Shown here piece after piece: positions 7,789 to 17,030 of a stretch of 22,488 nucleotides of DNA (positions within the stretch are counted from its first letter, which is position 1; each line of letters starts with the position of its first letter). The notes beneath the pieces are model-generated. The model did not search any database. It worked only from the letters and a program-made list of their open reading frames with translations, and was not told where the DNA came from. Source of the DNA: Silvanigrellaceae bacterium (GTDB lineage Bacteria; Bdellovibrionota_B; Oligoflexia; Silvanigrellales; Silvanigrellaceae); the NCBI GenBank assembly GCA_049423385.1, contig JBMSQQ010000059.1, forward strand, positions 1 to 22,488, read 5' to 3'. Made by a program: the position numbers and the translations under genes.

Positions 7789-9039
7789 CTAGGGCGTGCG
7801 CGTTGGCGAAGGGAAGAGTTGTTTGATGACGTTGAGTCGGGAGTCAATGGTTTCTCCGCTGGCTGTGAACTGGAGCAGTGACTCCTGGAAGAAGTACACC
7901 ATGCCATTGTACCCGAAATCACGAACCATGGCAGTTTGGGCGCGAACCATGTCAATCGGCATGGGCTCGGGCTTGAGACCCGAAAGAACACCAATGATGA
8001 GGCTCGCCTTGCCTTTGAGCTTGTCGAGCACCGGACTGCTCAGCTCGCCCTGAAAACGGGCCATGTTGTCCCGGTAAACCTGGACGACAACTTCATCCAC
8101 CAGTCCTGATTCCACCCACGATGGCCAATCCTGAACGTAATTCTGGAACGACCATGGATAAGGGTTGGGCGAAACGGAGAGCTTGATTCCGGGACGTGCG
8201 GCCTTGATGGCCCGGGAAATGCGCGCAACGAATTGCTCCAGCTTTGAAGCTCTCCATGTGAGCCACTCCTGAGCCTCGGGCGCGGGAGTTCCGCTCCGAC
8301 CGGTTTCCTTTTTATAGAGGGAAAGCGTGAAATCGTCGTAGCCAAAGATATTCTTGAGCGACAGGTGGTCATCGAACTGGACGGCTGGAACTTCGTATTT
8401 GACCACAAACTCGACCATCAAAGATTCAAAGAACTGCTGAACCTCGGGATGCATGAAATTCAGGTACGATGTTGATGTTCCATCCTGATCGAAAGTCACC
8501 TTGCCGGTGTTGTCGCGCGAGAGCCATTCCGGATGCTGGGAAGCCAACGGGGAATTCGAGGGAATTTTCACGCCCCATTCGAACCAGGGAATGATGTCGA
8601 GGTCGTACTGGTTGCCGAGTGCAATCCAGTCTGCCATCGGGTCACGCTTCAGATTGCCCAGGCCATAGCGTCCCGATATTTTCGGGGCACCGTATTTCGC
8701 CATTGTTTCGCTTGGATAGAACGTCTCGCCCTTGTTCCAGACAACGGGATACAGGGCGTTCATGTTGAGGTTTGAAATTCTGGAAGCAAGGGATTCCATG
8801 TTTCCATACGAATCCATCACGTTCGAATCGACATTGCTGACCCAGACACCGCGCATTTCAGTGCCGCTGGTGACCCTGCGCTTGCGGATTTTGCGCTGTG
8901 CGCCCTGGCCGTCGTCGACCGGGGCGGATGCCTTGAATCCAATACGCAACCACTGCTGGCAGCCGGTGGACGTCGCCCCGATTGCCAGCAGTGTTGTTAA
9001 AAAGACCAAAAGTGTCGGTAACTTGTTTTTGTGCCTCAT
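7789..9039 (-). CDS. glycoside hydrolase-like family 10 (GHL10; YddW/DigH/YngK-like) lipoprotein
   Basis: Lipobox STGC, EMRGVWV, NALYPVVW, IPWFEWG, HPEW, LNFMHPEVQQF, VQFDDH, QDWPSW, VQVYR; ATGA overlap with upstream gene. Confidence 0.88.
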   Translation of the reverse strand: MRHKNKLPTLLVFLTTLLAIGATSTGCQQWLRIGFKASAPVDDGQGAQRKIRKRRVTSGTEMRGVWVSNVDSNVMDSYGNMESLASRISNLNMNALYPVVWNKGETFYPSETMAKYGAPKISGRYGLGNLKRDPMADWIALGNQYDLDIIPWFEWGVKIPSNSPLASQHPEWLSRDNTGKVTFDQDGTSTSYLNFMHPEVQQFFESLMVEFVVKYEVPAVQFDDHLSLKNIFGYDDFTLSLYKKETGRSGTPAPEAQEWLTWRASKLEQFVARISRAIKAARPGIKLSVSPNPYPWSFQNYVQDWPSWVESGLVDEVVVQVYRDNMARFQGELSSPVLDKLKGKASLIIGVLSGLKPEPMPIDMVRAQTAMVRDFGYNGMVYFFQESLLQFTASGETIDSRLNVIKQLFPSPTRTP

Positions 9040-11486
9040 GCTGCCCTGAGAGCTGTCTTCCCTGTATGGTGGATAATCTCATACAGGTCGGTACCACGCT
9101 CCAGCAAGGCCTTCAAGTTGATACTGACGCGAAGTGCCCGGAGGCCTTGGGCGCCTTGAACTTCGTCGATCAGGTACTCTTCGACATCCTCAAGGACGCA
9201 CTCCTGGGCTGCCAGGAATGTGAAGTACTCCATGTACTCAACGCGTTCACGCTCCTGGGTGAAGACCACGGCAAGCTTGCCGGGTTGGCTCAGGCGCTCC
9301 TGGGTTCCCTTGATGACCGCGCGATCAACGCGACGCTTGAGCATTTCACCACGACCATCGGCACCGCCGTCGACGTGGAATTGTTTGTCGTCGAAGTCGA
9401 ACTGAACGTTCACGGGCGTGTCCTGGACAACAATCACGTGTGTGAGGTCGAAGGGAACCTTGAGGTTCGGCTTCATGCGCGCCGACTCTGCCGCACATCC
9501 GCACATCACCATAAGCTGCCAGAGGCGAAGGTTCTTGAGATAGATTTCGTTGAACTCGCGGCCCTTCACCAACGATTGGCCGATGAGAATCGTGTGCTCC
9601 ACCGACTCATTGCAATGCTTCTCGAAGTAGTGCGGGAAGATCTTCTGGGCATTGAGTTGTTGTGCCTTCAGGTAATTCGACAGGGTCGAAGTCACTTCGG
9701 TCACGCTCGCATCGAATTCGCGACGCCGCAGATAGACGGTTCTCGATTTTTCATCGAGTTGCTTCCAGTAGGCATTGATCTTCTGGATGAGGTTCAGATT
9801 CCATCCGCGAACGTGGTTGAACACAGGCTCAACTTCCGACGCAAGGAACTTGCTGGCGGCCGTTTCATCGCCCGCGGTGAGTTGCTCACTGATACGCCCG
9901 TCGAGTTTTTCCAAACGGAAGCAGAGTTCACGCAGGAAAGGCATCGGGCGGTTCTCGTACGCCATTTGAAGAACTTCAAGCGCAAGACCAATCTGGGTGC
10001 GCAGGTCGTCCTGAACCGCTTTTGAACGCAGCGCCGCCGAGTTGCGGATGGTGCTGAGTGCATAAAGTGGATAGACATCCTGGAAGTAGATGTTCTTCAT
10101 CTCGAGCGACTTGCTGCCTTCGGCGCGCTCGGATGCGATTTGCGCCTCTTCATGGAAACGCCACTCGACGGTTGGATGAATGGATGTGCATTGTTCGGAG
10201 ATGATCGACTGCACAGCCTGCTTGACGTCGTCGATGCGGCGCTTGCCGGCAAGGCAAAGCAAAGGCATCAGGTCGAGCAGTTTCTCCGCGACCGCTTCGT
10301 TGATGTCGTCCTTCTTTGGAGAAGTCACATCGAAAAAGCCAATGTGCTGGTCGTCGAAGAACAACGGGAAGACAGCGAGTGAGCGTGCACCGTGGTTCAA
10401 CATGTCGGATTCTATCTTGGAACGATCCGCGCTCGACGCGAGGTCCAGACAAACCATGCTTCTCTGCTGCGTGCGTGCGCGCTCGAGCATGTCGTTTTGC
10501 AGAGCGAACAACGAACCTTGTAGATCCTCACGATTGTAGCGTTCAACCGAGACGCCATCTCCAGCTTTGCGCTCCATGCCTCCCGCAAGGCGGGTTCTGG
10601 ACAAAAGACCACCCACGCTGGAGCTCAATCCCACACTCAAATGTGGCCGGCGGAGAATTTGGCGAATTGCGGTTTCGACTTTGCCCAAAAGAAATCCTGG
10701 CTCAACGGAATCGCGATCCGTAAGTGCGCGCTGGATGTCGGTGAATGAGTTTTGGTCGGTGATGTCGTTGCTGCGGTAAAACGCGAAACCGTGGAACTCG
10801 AACCAGTTGGGTGGCAGAAGCTCACGCCACTTCTCAACATCATTCACGTCTGCAAGCAGGTCGCGCTTGATTTTTTCGTCGAGAACCTTGGGACCACCCA
10901 CGTTGACGACGTCGCAGAAGCTTGGCTCCATTGTCACGCTGTGGAAGCGGCTAAGGTTCGTGTTTTTATCCTGGGTTGAAAACGCAACAGGGCGGGTGCC
11001 GAGTTCAAGCTCGATGCCATACAGGCGACGCAGGATAGTTGAATAGGCCAATTTGATGCGTTGGTTCAGCCATGCGTCTTCGCCAATCTGACAGGTTGCT
11101 GCAAACCGGCCATTCTTGTCGAAAAATGCGTCGAAAAAGGTTTCGGAAACCATGATGGGCTGAACGTGGAACGGCAACACCGCACCACTGCTCTCCGGGT
11201 TCTTGAAACCCGATGACCACAGGATGCTCATCATCACCTTGATGAGTGATTCATGCGTTTGAATCACCTTGGAGTCTGTGATGGGTTGTGCGAGTTCGGG
11301 CGCACGCTCCAGACGACGCATCACATCGGATGCGATTTTGGAGACGGTCGGTTCTTGCGATGCAACCAAACCCGCCCAATAACGAACCAATGGACCCATG
11401 CTCAACACACATTTGAATGGAAATTCCTTGGTATCCTGCATGACACGAAGATGGGGAACCAATCTTGGACCTTGGCCTTGAAACAT
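9036..11486 (-). CDS. large cytoplasmic GAF-domain protein (816 aa) of a conserved uncharacterised family
   Basis: GAF-like segment GARSLAVFPLFFDDQHIGFFDVTS; C-terminal blocks IHPTVEWRF, VYPLY, FPHYFEK, YLKNLRLWQL, ERLSQPGKLAVVF, QGAQGLRALRV; GAGGT RBS. Confidence 0.7.
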   Translation of the reverse strand: MFQGQGPRLVPHLRVMQDTKEFPFKCVLSMGPLVRYWAGLVASQEPTVSKIASDVMRRLERAPELAQPITDSKVIQTHESLIKVMMSILWSSGFKNPESSGAVLPFHVQPIMVSETFFDAFFDKNGRFAATCQIGEDAWLNQRIKLAYSTILRRLYGIELELGTRPVAFSTQDKNTNLSRFHSVTMEPSFCDVVNVGGPKVLDEKIKRDLLADVNDVEKWRELLPPNWFEFHGFAFYRSNDITDQNSFTDIQRALTDRDSVEPGFLLGKVETAIRQILRRPHLSVGLSSSVGGLLSRTRLAGGMERKAGDGVSVERYNREDLQGSLFALQNDMLERARTQQRSMVCLDLASSADRSKIESDMLNHGARSLAVFPLFFDDQHIGFFDVTSPKKDDINEAVAEKLLDLMPLLCLAGKRRIDDVKQAVQSIISEQCTSIHPTVEWRFHEEAQIASERAEGSKSLEMKNIYFQDVYPLYALSTIRNSAALRSKAVQDDLRTQIGLALEVLQMAYENRPMPFLRELCFRLEKLDGRISEQLTAGDETAASKFLASEVEPVFNHVRGWNLNLIQKINAYWKQLDEKSRTVYLRRREFDASVTEVTSTLSNYLKAQQLNAQKIFPHYFEKHCNESVEHTILIGQSLVKGREFNEIYLKNLRLWQLMVMCGCAAESARMKPNLKVPFDLTHVIVVQDTPVNVQFDFDDKQFHVDGGADGRGEMLKRRVDRAVIKGTQERLSQPGKLAVVFTQERERVEYMEYFTFLAAQECVLEDVEEYLIDEVQGAQGLRALRVSINLKALLERGTDLYEIIHHTGKTALRAA

Positions 11487-11616
11487 GGCGTTACCTCACA
11501 AGCAGCACGTTGCGCATCTCAAATCGTTGCAAAACAGACTTTCGTTCACGATATTTCTTCGGATCATTCATGAAACAATTGAATTCCTTCGCAGACGTAT
11601 TTGACACCCTGCAAAA

Positions 11617-12750
11617 TCATTCACACGCCGGAACAACCAACGCCGACAGTACGTATCCAAGGCCAATGCGACCATCGACACAAGGGCCCTTGACTTGAGT
11701 CCAACTCCCCGACACCGAAAGTCTTTCGAGCGAAGTTCCAAGCGGAATCTTGCAAAGAATCTTTCCATTCGGAACGTCGCGCAAATTGGTTGGAGTTGGG
11801 GAAATTGTTGTCAACTTTTTGCATTCCGCCAAGGGTGGTTGAGTTGGTACAGGAATTGGTTGTCCCGCAGCGGCAACATGCGGACGAAATGGCATCACCG
11901 CACCCGCACCATCGGTGGCCAACGCCTGTGCGTTTTTCATTTCCTTGAGGATTTCTGGAATGACTGTCAGCGTCACGTGATAGTTTGTAGGGTCGAGGTC
12001 ATCGATTTCGGGAATCACGATTCCCACGTCGGCAAGAATTCCCTGATTATCACGTTGACGACTCAACCAAGGCGTGGGCATCCATTTGCGCTTGTAACCT
12101 TGTTGATACCAACCCAATGGAATCATGTGCGGGCGCCAGGGCCGGTCTTCGGGGCGATACCAATTGTTGTGATATAGAAGCTGGTGATCATTGCTGTCGA
12201 TATCGCCAACAAGACTGATATGACCATCGCCCGCTTGCCCGGAACAGTCGGGTCGAAGGCAACCACTGACCAGGGTTCCAACCGGCACGGCACCGCTGAA
12301 ATACTGCTCGAGCACTTTGGCAATCGCACGTGTCTCGCGCGGGAGCGGAATCACCCACCCTCCCCGCAAACGGGCTGCATTCACCATGTCGGCGAGCAAC
12401 GGCGAGCTGTAGGACGTGATACCTGCCATTTCAAAAACGCGTGAAACGTTGTTTGCGCACTGTGCCGGCATCGCATAGCGATCAGCCTCGGCTTGTTGTT
12501 TCTTCATCCACTCCAGTGCGGCTGCAAAAATGCGTTCACCCGTTGGAGTGATTCTTTCGAAACGATGATTCCGCAACAGTTCAATCCGGTTGAACGAGAC
12601 GTTCTCAACGTTCAACAGGTCGGAATCTTCGCTGTCTGCGTTGAAGGTTCTTTGCTTGCATGAAAACAACAAGACCAGGGCAAAAACTGCCGCAAGAAAC
12701 TTGCAGGCAATTCTTGGGAAAACCTCGTTTGTCATTCGAATCAATCGCAT
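11617..12750 (-). CDS. lipoprotein, putative papain-fold (NlpC/P60/CHAP-like) Cys-His amidase with C-terminal SH3b-like domain
   Basis: Lipobox LFSC; QCANNVSRVFEMAG and GHISLVG; Pro-rich linker; TNLRDVPNGKILCKIPLGTSL...GSWTQV...GYV (SH3b-like); start set at ATG 12750 from AAGGGAG RBS. Confidence 0.65.
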   Translation of the reverse strand: MRLIRMTNEVFPRIACKFLAAVFALVLLFSCKQRTFNADSEDSDLLNVENVSFNRIELLRNHRFERITPTGERIFAAALEWMKKQQAEADRYAMPAQCANNVSRVFEMAGITSYSSPLLADMVNAARLRGGWVIPLPRETRAIAKVLEQYFSGAVPVGTLVSGCLRPDCSGQAGDGHISLVGDIDSNDHQLLYHNNWYRPEDRPWRPHMIPLGWYQQGYKRKWMPTPWLSRQRDNQGILADVGIVIPEIDDLDPTNYHVTLTVIPEILKEMKNAQALATDGAGAVMPFRPHVAAAGQPIPVPTQPPLAECKKLTTISPTPTNLRDVPNGKILCKIPLGTSLERLSVSGSWTQVKGPCVDGRIGLGYVLSALVVPACE

Positions 12751-12840
12751 CAATTCAAATCTCCCTTGGGGGATTCTAAACATTTTCCGCGCGCGAATCA
12801 TTGGGAAGATTTTCCTTGTCAGGCAGCAGTCGGCGGCTTT

Positions 12841-15099
12841 TCAACCCGCCCGGAGTGCACTTTCGACAAATCCGGGCTTGTCCGGTGGAACGTCGACAAT
12901 TTTCTCCTGAGCTGGCCAGCGGACAATCATCATTGTGACGTCGTCGGCATATTCTTCCTCGCCCCAAAGTGCCTTGGCTTCACTCATGATCTGTTCGCGA
13001 ACCTCGGTGACCGGCCGTCCTGATGAAAGCAAATCATAGAAGCGCCGTTTGCTGAGCATCTCGTTCTTGGGCCCGTGATTTTCAAGCAATCCATCGGTGT
13101 ACATGGCAAACAAATCGCCCGCCTCGAGCTGCAGTTTCTTCACCGTGATGCTGCGGTCGAGCGACACTCCCAACGGGTTTCCTGTCGAGGTTTGTGGGGA
13201 GATCTTTTTGGTCTTGTTCTTGAACCAGAGCAACGGAGTATGGCCTGCACTGGCGTAGTAGAGCTCGCCCGTTTCCGTGTTCAGCGACACCAGGCACATG
13301 GTCATCAGACGCGCGGACTTGCCGACGCTCATGATGGCGCGGTTGAGAATCGAAGCCATGAATTCAAGGCGATCAGTCTCGCCCATTGTATCGCTTGCCT
13401 TGACGATGTCCATCACCGTCTGTGCTCCCATAAACGAGCCATAGGCAACTCCGGTCATGATTGCCGCTGGCACCCCGTGACCCGTCACGTCACCCACAAG
13501 ACCGTGCAGCCATGGAGAGTTGTCGCTTTTGTCGAAGAACAGCCAGTCTCCACCGCAACGTGTTGCTGCCTCGTAATAAAAGTCGAGGTCGGCATTCATT
13601 TCGGGTTTGCCGGAAGGCAGCAAAGATGCCTGAACGGCTTCTGCAGTGACGAGTTCGTTTTCGAAATGAACTGTTGCCAACTGTTCTTCCTGGAAGTCGA
13701 ACATCACCAACGCGTGACCCAGTGCTCCCGACAAAAGGTTCATCAGATGCCGTTCGGTTGTGTTCAGCGAATCTTCAGGAAAGCCATCGAGGAGCAGAAA
13801 CAATTTGGGTTTGCTGCCCGAAAAGGCCCTGATGATGATTGTGTGGTCCAGGATGGACGCAGGATCGTTCGACATCACGTCGTTGAGATCGATGCCCGAC
13901 TCGTCCAAGGGTATGATTTTGGGTTCAGGAACCAAAACTCCGGACTTGATATAGTCGAGGAGCCCCTTGCACTCGCCCTTGGCGACATCAAAGACAATGC
14001 CCGTTGCGTCCATGTTGCCACTGAAACCGGCGTAACGGCGTACTTCGTTGATGAACAGGCGAATGCATTCTTCACGATTGGCAGACAAAGCCATGTCGTT
14101 TGAAATCTTCATCACGAATTCAAGGTTGGAACTGATCTGGCGCAGTTCTGTTTCACGAATCTGCAACCTTTGCGCCATTTGTTGCAAACCGCGGGCCACA
14201 AAATTGAGTTCCTCATCGAATTTCACGTTGAAGGTGATGTCGTATTGACCAGCTGAAATTTTGAACATGGCATTTACGATTTCACGGAGTGGACGCAAGA
14301 GACCAAGCAAGAGGAAATCAGTGACCAAAATCACCAGCCCAATGAGGCTCAGGGCAAGAATACCTGCAAGACCCGCAAACTTGCGGATGGGTGCATTCAA
14401 GGATGCCAACGATGTTTCAACAAAAACAATCACATTCGTTCCGGGAATTTCGCGGAATGAAATGATCCATTGGTTCTTTCCATCTGTATAGCGGGTGAAG
14501 CCCTCGCGCAGACCGCTCTTGATGAACTTTTTTGTTCCAGGCCGGGCAGCAAAGTTGCTCGAATTCACGTCGCGCACGTCATACGAACCAAGAAAGATAC
14601 CAAATGAGTTGGAAATGTAACTTTTTCCATCGATGCCTTCAAAAAGGCGAACGTTGGGATCGAGCTCCGTTCGCCAGATCATTTCTCCCTCGGCTCGGCC
14701 AAAAACGTAAACCTTGTCTTTGTAGCGACCTACAAAAATCTGGTCTTCAGCAGGCATCTGGGGAATGTTGTATTGCGCCGCAAGTTTGCTTTCCTCAACT
14801 CCTCGGACCTTGATGAGATCCTGTCGCGGCAGATTTGAAAAATAAAGTTTCAGTCTTGTCGCTACTGCACTCGTCTTGAGATAGTGATTTTCGTAAACGT
14901 AAGACAACTTGTCGGAACGATAGAGGGTGATTCCCGTCACGAGAATCGCGACAACACTCACGACCAGAATGAATGTCTGTACGAAACTCAATCTGCTCTT
15001 GAGGCTGCTGCGATCCCACAAGGCAAAAAAATCGAATACCTTGAACAAGGCCTTCGTTGTAATATTGTCTTTTGCAGGCTTGAGGGCACGTTGGTTCAT
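12841..15099 (-). CDS. membrane sensor PP2C/SpoIIE-family Ser/Thr phosphatase (2 TM, Cache-like periplasmic region, HAMP, possible GAF-like region)
   Basis: AEAVQASLLP, GGDW, VGDVTGHGVPAA, SAGH, GNPLG, YTDGLLE, ADDVT; HAMP LRPLREIVNAMFKISAGQY...EELNFVARGLQQM; ATGA overlap with upstream gene. Confidence 0.92.
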   Translation of the reverse strand: MNQRALKPAKDNITTKALFKVFDFFALWDRSSLKSRLSFVQTFILVVSVVAILVTGITLYRSDKLSYVYENHYLKTSAVATRLKLYFSNLPRQDLIKVRGVEESKLAAQYNIPQMPAEDQIFVGRYKDKVYVFGRAEGEMIWRTELDPNVRLFEGIDGKSYISNSFGIFLGSYDVRDVNSSNFAARPGTKKFIKSGLREGFTRYTDGKNQWIISFREIPGTNVIVFVETSLASLNAPIRKFAGLAGILALSLIGLVILVTDFLLLGLLRPLREIVNAMFKISAGQYDITFNVKFDEELNFVARGLQQMAQRLQIRETELRQISSNLEFVMKISNDMALSANREECIRLFINEVRRYAGFSGNMDATGIVFDVAKGECKGLLDYIKSGVLVPEPKIIPLDESGIDLNDVMSNDPASILDHTIIIRAFSGSKPKLFLLLDGFPEDSLNTTERHLMNLLSGALGHALVMFDFQEEQLATVHFENELVTAEAVQASLLPSGKPEMNADLDFYYEAATRCGGDWLFFDKSDNSPWLHGLVGDVTGHGVPAAIMTGVAYGSFMGAQTVMDIVKASDTMGETDRLEFMASILNRAIMSVGKSARLMTMCLVSLNTETGELYYASAGHTPLLWFKNKTKKISPQTSTGNPLGVSLDRSITVKKLQLEAGDLFAMYTDGLLENHGPKNEMLSKRRFYDLLSSGRPVTEVREQIMSEAKALWGEEEYADDVTMMIVRWPAQEKIVDVPPDKPGFVESALRAG

Positions 15100-16040
15100 T
15101 GGAAAACCCTCACGCCTTCAAACCATTTGCCATCTTCCGGCAGATAGTCCTCTTCATCCCGCTTGATCGCTCGGATCACGACGGGTGGAGAAGCATAAAG
15201 CTCATCATCCGACATTGCCTGGAAAACAAACATCCCTGGCTTGTCGATGGGCACACGCGGGAATCCGGCAGATCCCAGCGACGACCAGTGTGGCTCAAGT
15301 TCCTTGCCTTTCCAAAGATATCCCCACAGCTTTCCTGTTTTCGGAAGTTGATCAAACGTCACGGGAATGGATGTTGGAAACTTCGTCGCAATCACTTCAA
15401 CAAATGGACCAGGAAAGCGCACAGTCAGGGCTTTCGTGTTGCGGACAATCTTCAAGTCCTCATCCGTGATGACATCGGCGGGCCGGTTGGCCGGATCGTT
15501 TTCGTCGGCACCCGCCTTTTTGATTGTCGGGTTCTGGATGACACGGGTCGAAAATCGTGCTTCGGTGAGAGGCGATTTGACCTTTTGTTCTGGCGCCTGT
15601 CCCAGATCGGCAGAAACACCACCCGAGGTTCTCAATTTTGATGTTTGCGGTACCGTGATTCCCACGTGGAACAAGGATCCTTCCGGCAGTGTCACGATTG
15701 AATCCTGTTCCAAAAAAAACAAGACAACCTTTGCTTCGTCATCCACATACACAAGGTCACCGGGATGCAGTTCAATTCCTGCCTTGAGTGGCCACCAGTT
15801 GAGCCAGGATGATCGCTTGTAACGTGCTTCTCCTTCAACATCCAGCGCGTAGACCGGGCTGTCGGTGGCAGGAGTGGCAGCCTCTCCGTACGATTCGGCC
15901 AGACCTTTTTTCAAAATTTCCCATTTGTTTTTTTGCGTCCTGCTGGTCACAAAGAATGCAAGGAGTGAAAGGAAAACCACTCCCGCGAGAATCTTCTGAA
16001 ATTGGCTCAGCTGGTTCAGCCACGCAGGATTGAATTTCAT
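15096..16040 (-). CDS. single-pass membrane protein with FecR-like periplasmic domain and beta-rich C-terminal domain
   Basis: N-terminal TM; VEGEARYKRSSWLNWWPLKAGIELHPGDLVYVDDEAKVVLFF...IVTLPEGSLF resembles FecR beta-domain; ATGA overlap with motB. Confidence 0.6.
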   Translation of the reverse strand: MKFNPAWLNQLSQFQKILAGVVFLSLLAFFVTSRTQKNKWEILKKGLAESYGEAATPATDSPVYALDVEGEARYKRSSWLNWWPLKAGIELHPGDLVYVDDEAKVVLFFLEQDSIVTLPEGSLFHVGITVPQTSKLRTSGGVSADLGQAPEQKVKSPLTEARFSTRVIQNPTIKKAGADENDPANRPADVITDEDLKIVRNTKALTVRFPGPFVEVIATKFPTSIPVTFDQLPKTGKLWGYLWKGKELEPHWSSLGSAGFPRVPIDKPGMFVFQAMSDDELYASPPVVIRAIKRDEEDYLPEDGKWFEGVRVFQ

Positions 16041-17002
16041 GGCGCCTTGTCCTTTTTGAGGATGACGACAATCCTGTCGTTGCCCGGAGAAAAATCTTCT
16101 CGTTGTTTTGGTGAAAGATTCTCGCCCAGGACAATGGGCCTGCCATCGGCATAACCAGCACTTGCGACTTTTTTGTGGGGAATTCCTTCTTTTATGAAAT
16201 ACTCAAAAAAGACACCCGCACGCATGGTTGCGAGTTTCAGGGTGCTGAAGTCGGATTGGCCTTTGAGGTTGGCCAGCATCGCCTTCGAAAACTCTGTGTG
16301 AACCTCGATTTCGGTGAACGACAATTTTTCAACAACAGCCACTTCAGCAGCCAGTTGCTTGAGGTTGATTTGCCCCTGGGGCGTGAGGTCTGCGGTACCT
16401 TTTGCAAAGAACTCCGTGTGGGGAAAGACGAGCTGCATGGGCAAGGGAATGTTTGTTCCGGACAAGTATTTGCTCTTCTTTTTTGCCTCTTCCTTCTTTT
16501 CAGCTTCCTTGCCCGCACCACGGGCGAGTTTTACATCTGCCTTTTCCTGGCGTTCGAGCATGAAGCGAATCGCGGCTGCGATTTCTGCACTCTTGTCGCC
16601 CCCTGCTTCACCACCCGAGGATGCCAACTGCTTCGCATCCAGGGCGCCGTTGCGTGGACCAATGACGACTCCGTCCTTGTCCTCTTCTTCCTTCAAGAGC
16701 TGTGGCTTCTTGTCGCCCTGGAGCGCCTGTTGAACCTCTGCAAATTTCTTTTCGTCGATTTGGGAAATTGAATACATCACGATAAAAAACAGCAGCAGGT
16801 TGAAGAGCATGTCATTGAAGCTGTAGAGCCACAATGTGTCGTCGCTTTCGTGTCCGCCGCCACCACCGCCGCCGTCGTCTTGGCTGGCAGCCTTTCTCTT
16901 TGGCAAAGGCATTTGCGGCTTTTTTTTCTCAAGAAGCTTCCCTGCCGAACCATCCGCCGGCGAAGAAGTGTTCTTCAGGTTTTCGAAAAAGCCTCGAGCC
17001 AA
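16037..17002 (-). CDS. motB: MotB-family stator subunit with divergent OmpA-like C-terminal domain
   Basis: TM WLYSFNDMLFNLLLFFIVMYSIS with the essential Asp; plug DEKKFAEVQQAL; FFAKGTADL, IEVHTE, LATMRA, SAGYADGRP, NDRIVVIL; TTG start with AGGAGA RBS. Confidence 0.88.
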   Translation of the reverse strand: MARGFFENLKNTSSPADGSAGKLLEKKKPQMPLPKRKAASQDDGGGGGGGHESDDTLWLYSFNDMLFNLLLFFIVMYSISQIDEKKFAEVQQALQGDKKPQLLKEEEDKDGVVIGPRNGALDAKQLASSGGEAGGDKSAEIAAAIRFMLERQEKADVKLARGAGKEAEKKEEAKKKSKYLSGTNIPLPMQLVFPHTEFFAKGTADLTPQGQINLKQLAAEVAVVEKLSFTEIEVHTEFSKAMLANLKGQSDFSTLKLATMRAGVFFEYFIKEGIPHKKVASAGYADGRPIVLGENLSPKQREDFSPGNDRIVVILKKDKAP

Positions 17003-17030
17003 AAATCTTCTCCTGGTTTGGAATTAAATA

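Noticed and set aside
7773..7994. N-terminal extension of the aminopeptidase ORF overlapping the GHL10 gene by ~200 bp
   Set aside because: A later start gives a normal lipoprotein signal peptide and removes the overlap.
16853..16873. GGC/GGT trinucleotide run as a contingency repeat
   Set aside because: Imperfect, in-frame Gly7 linker in MotB; not a phase-variation tract.
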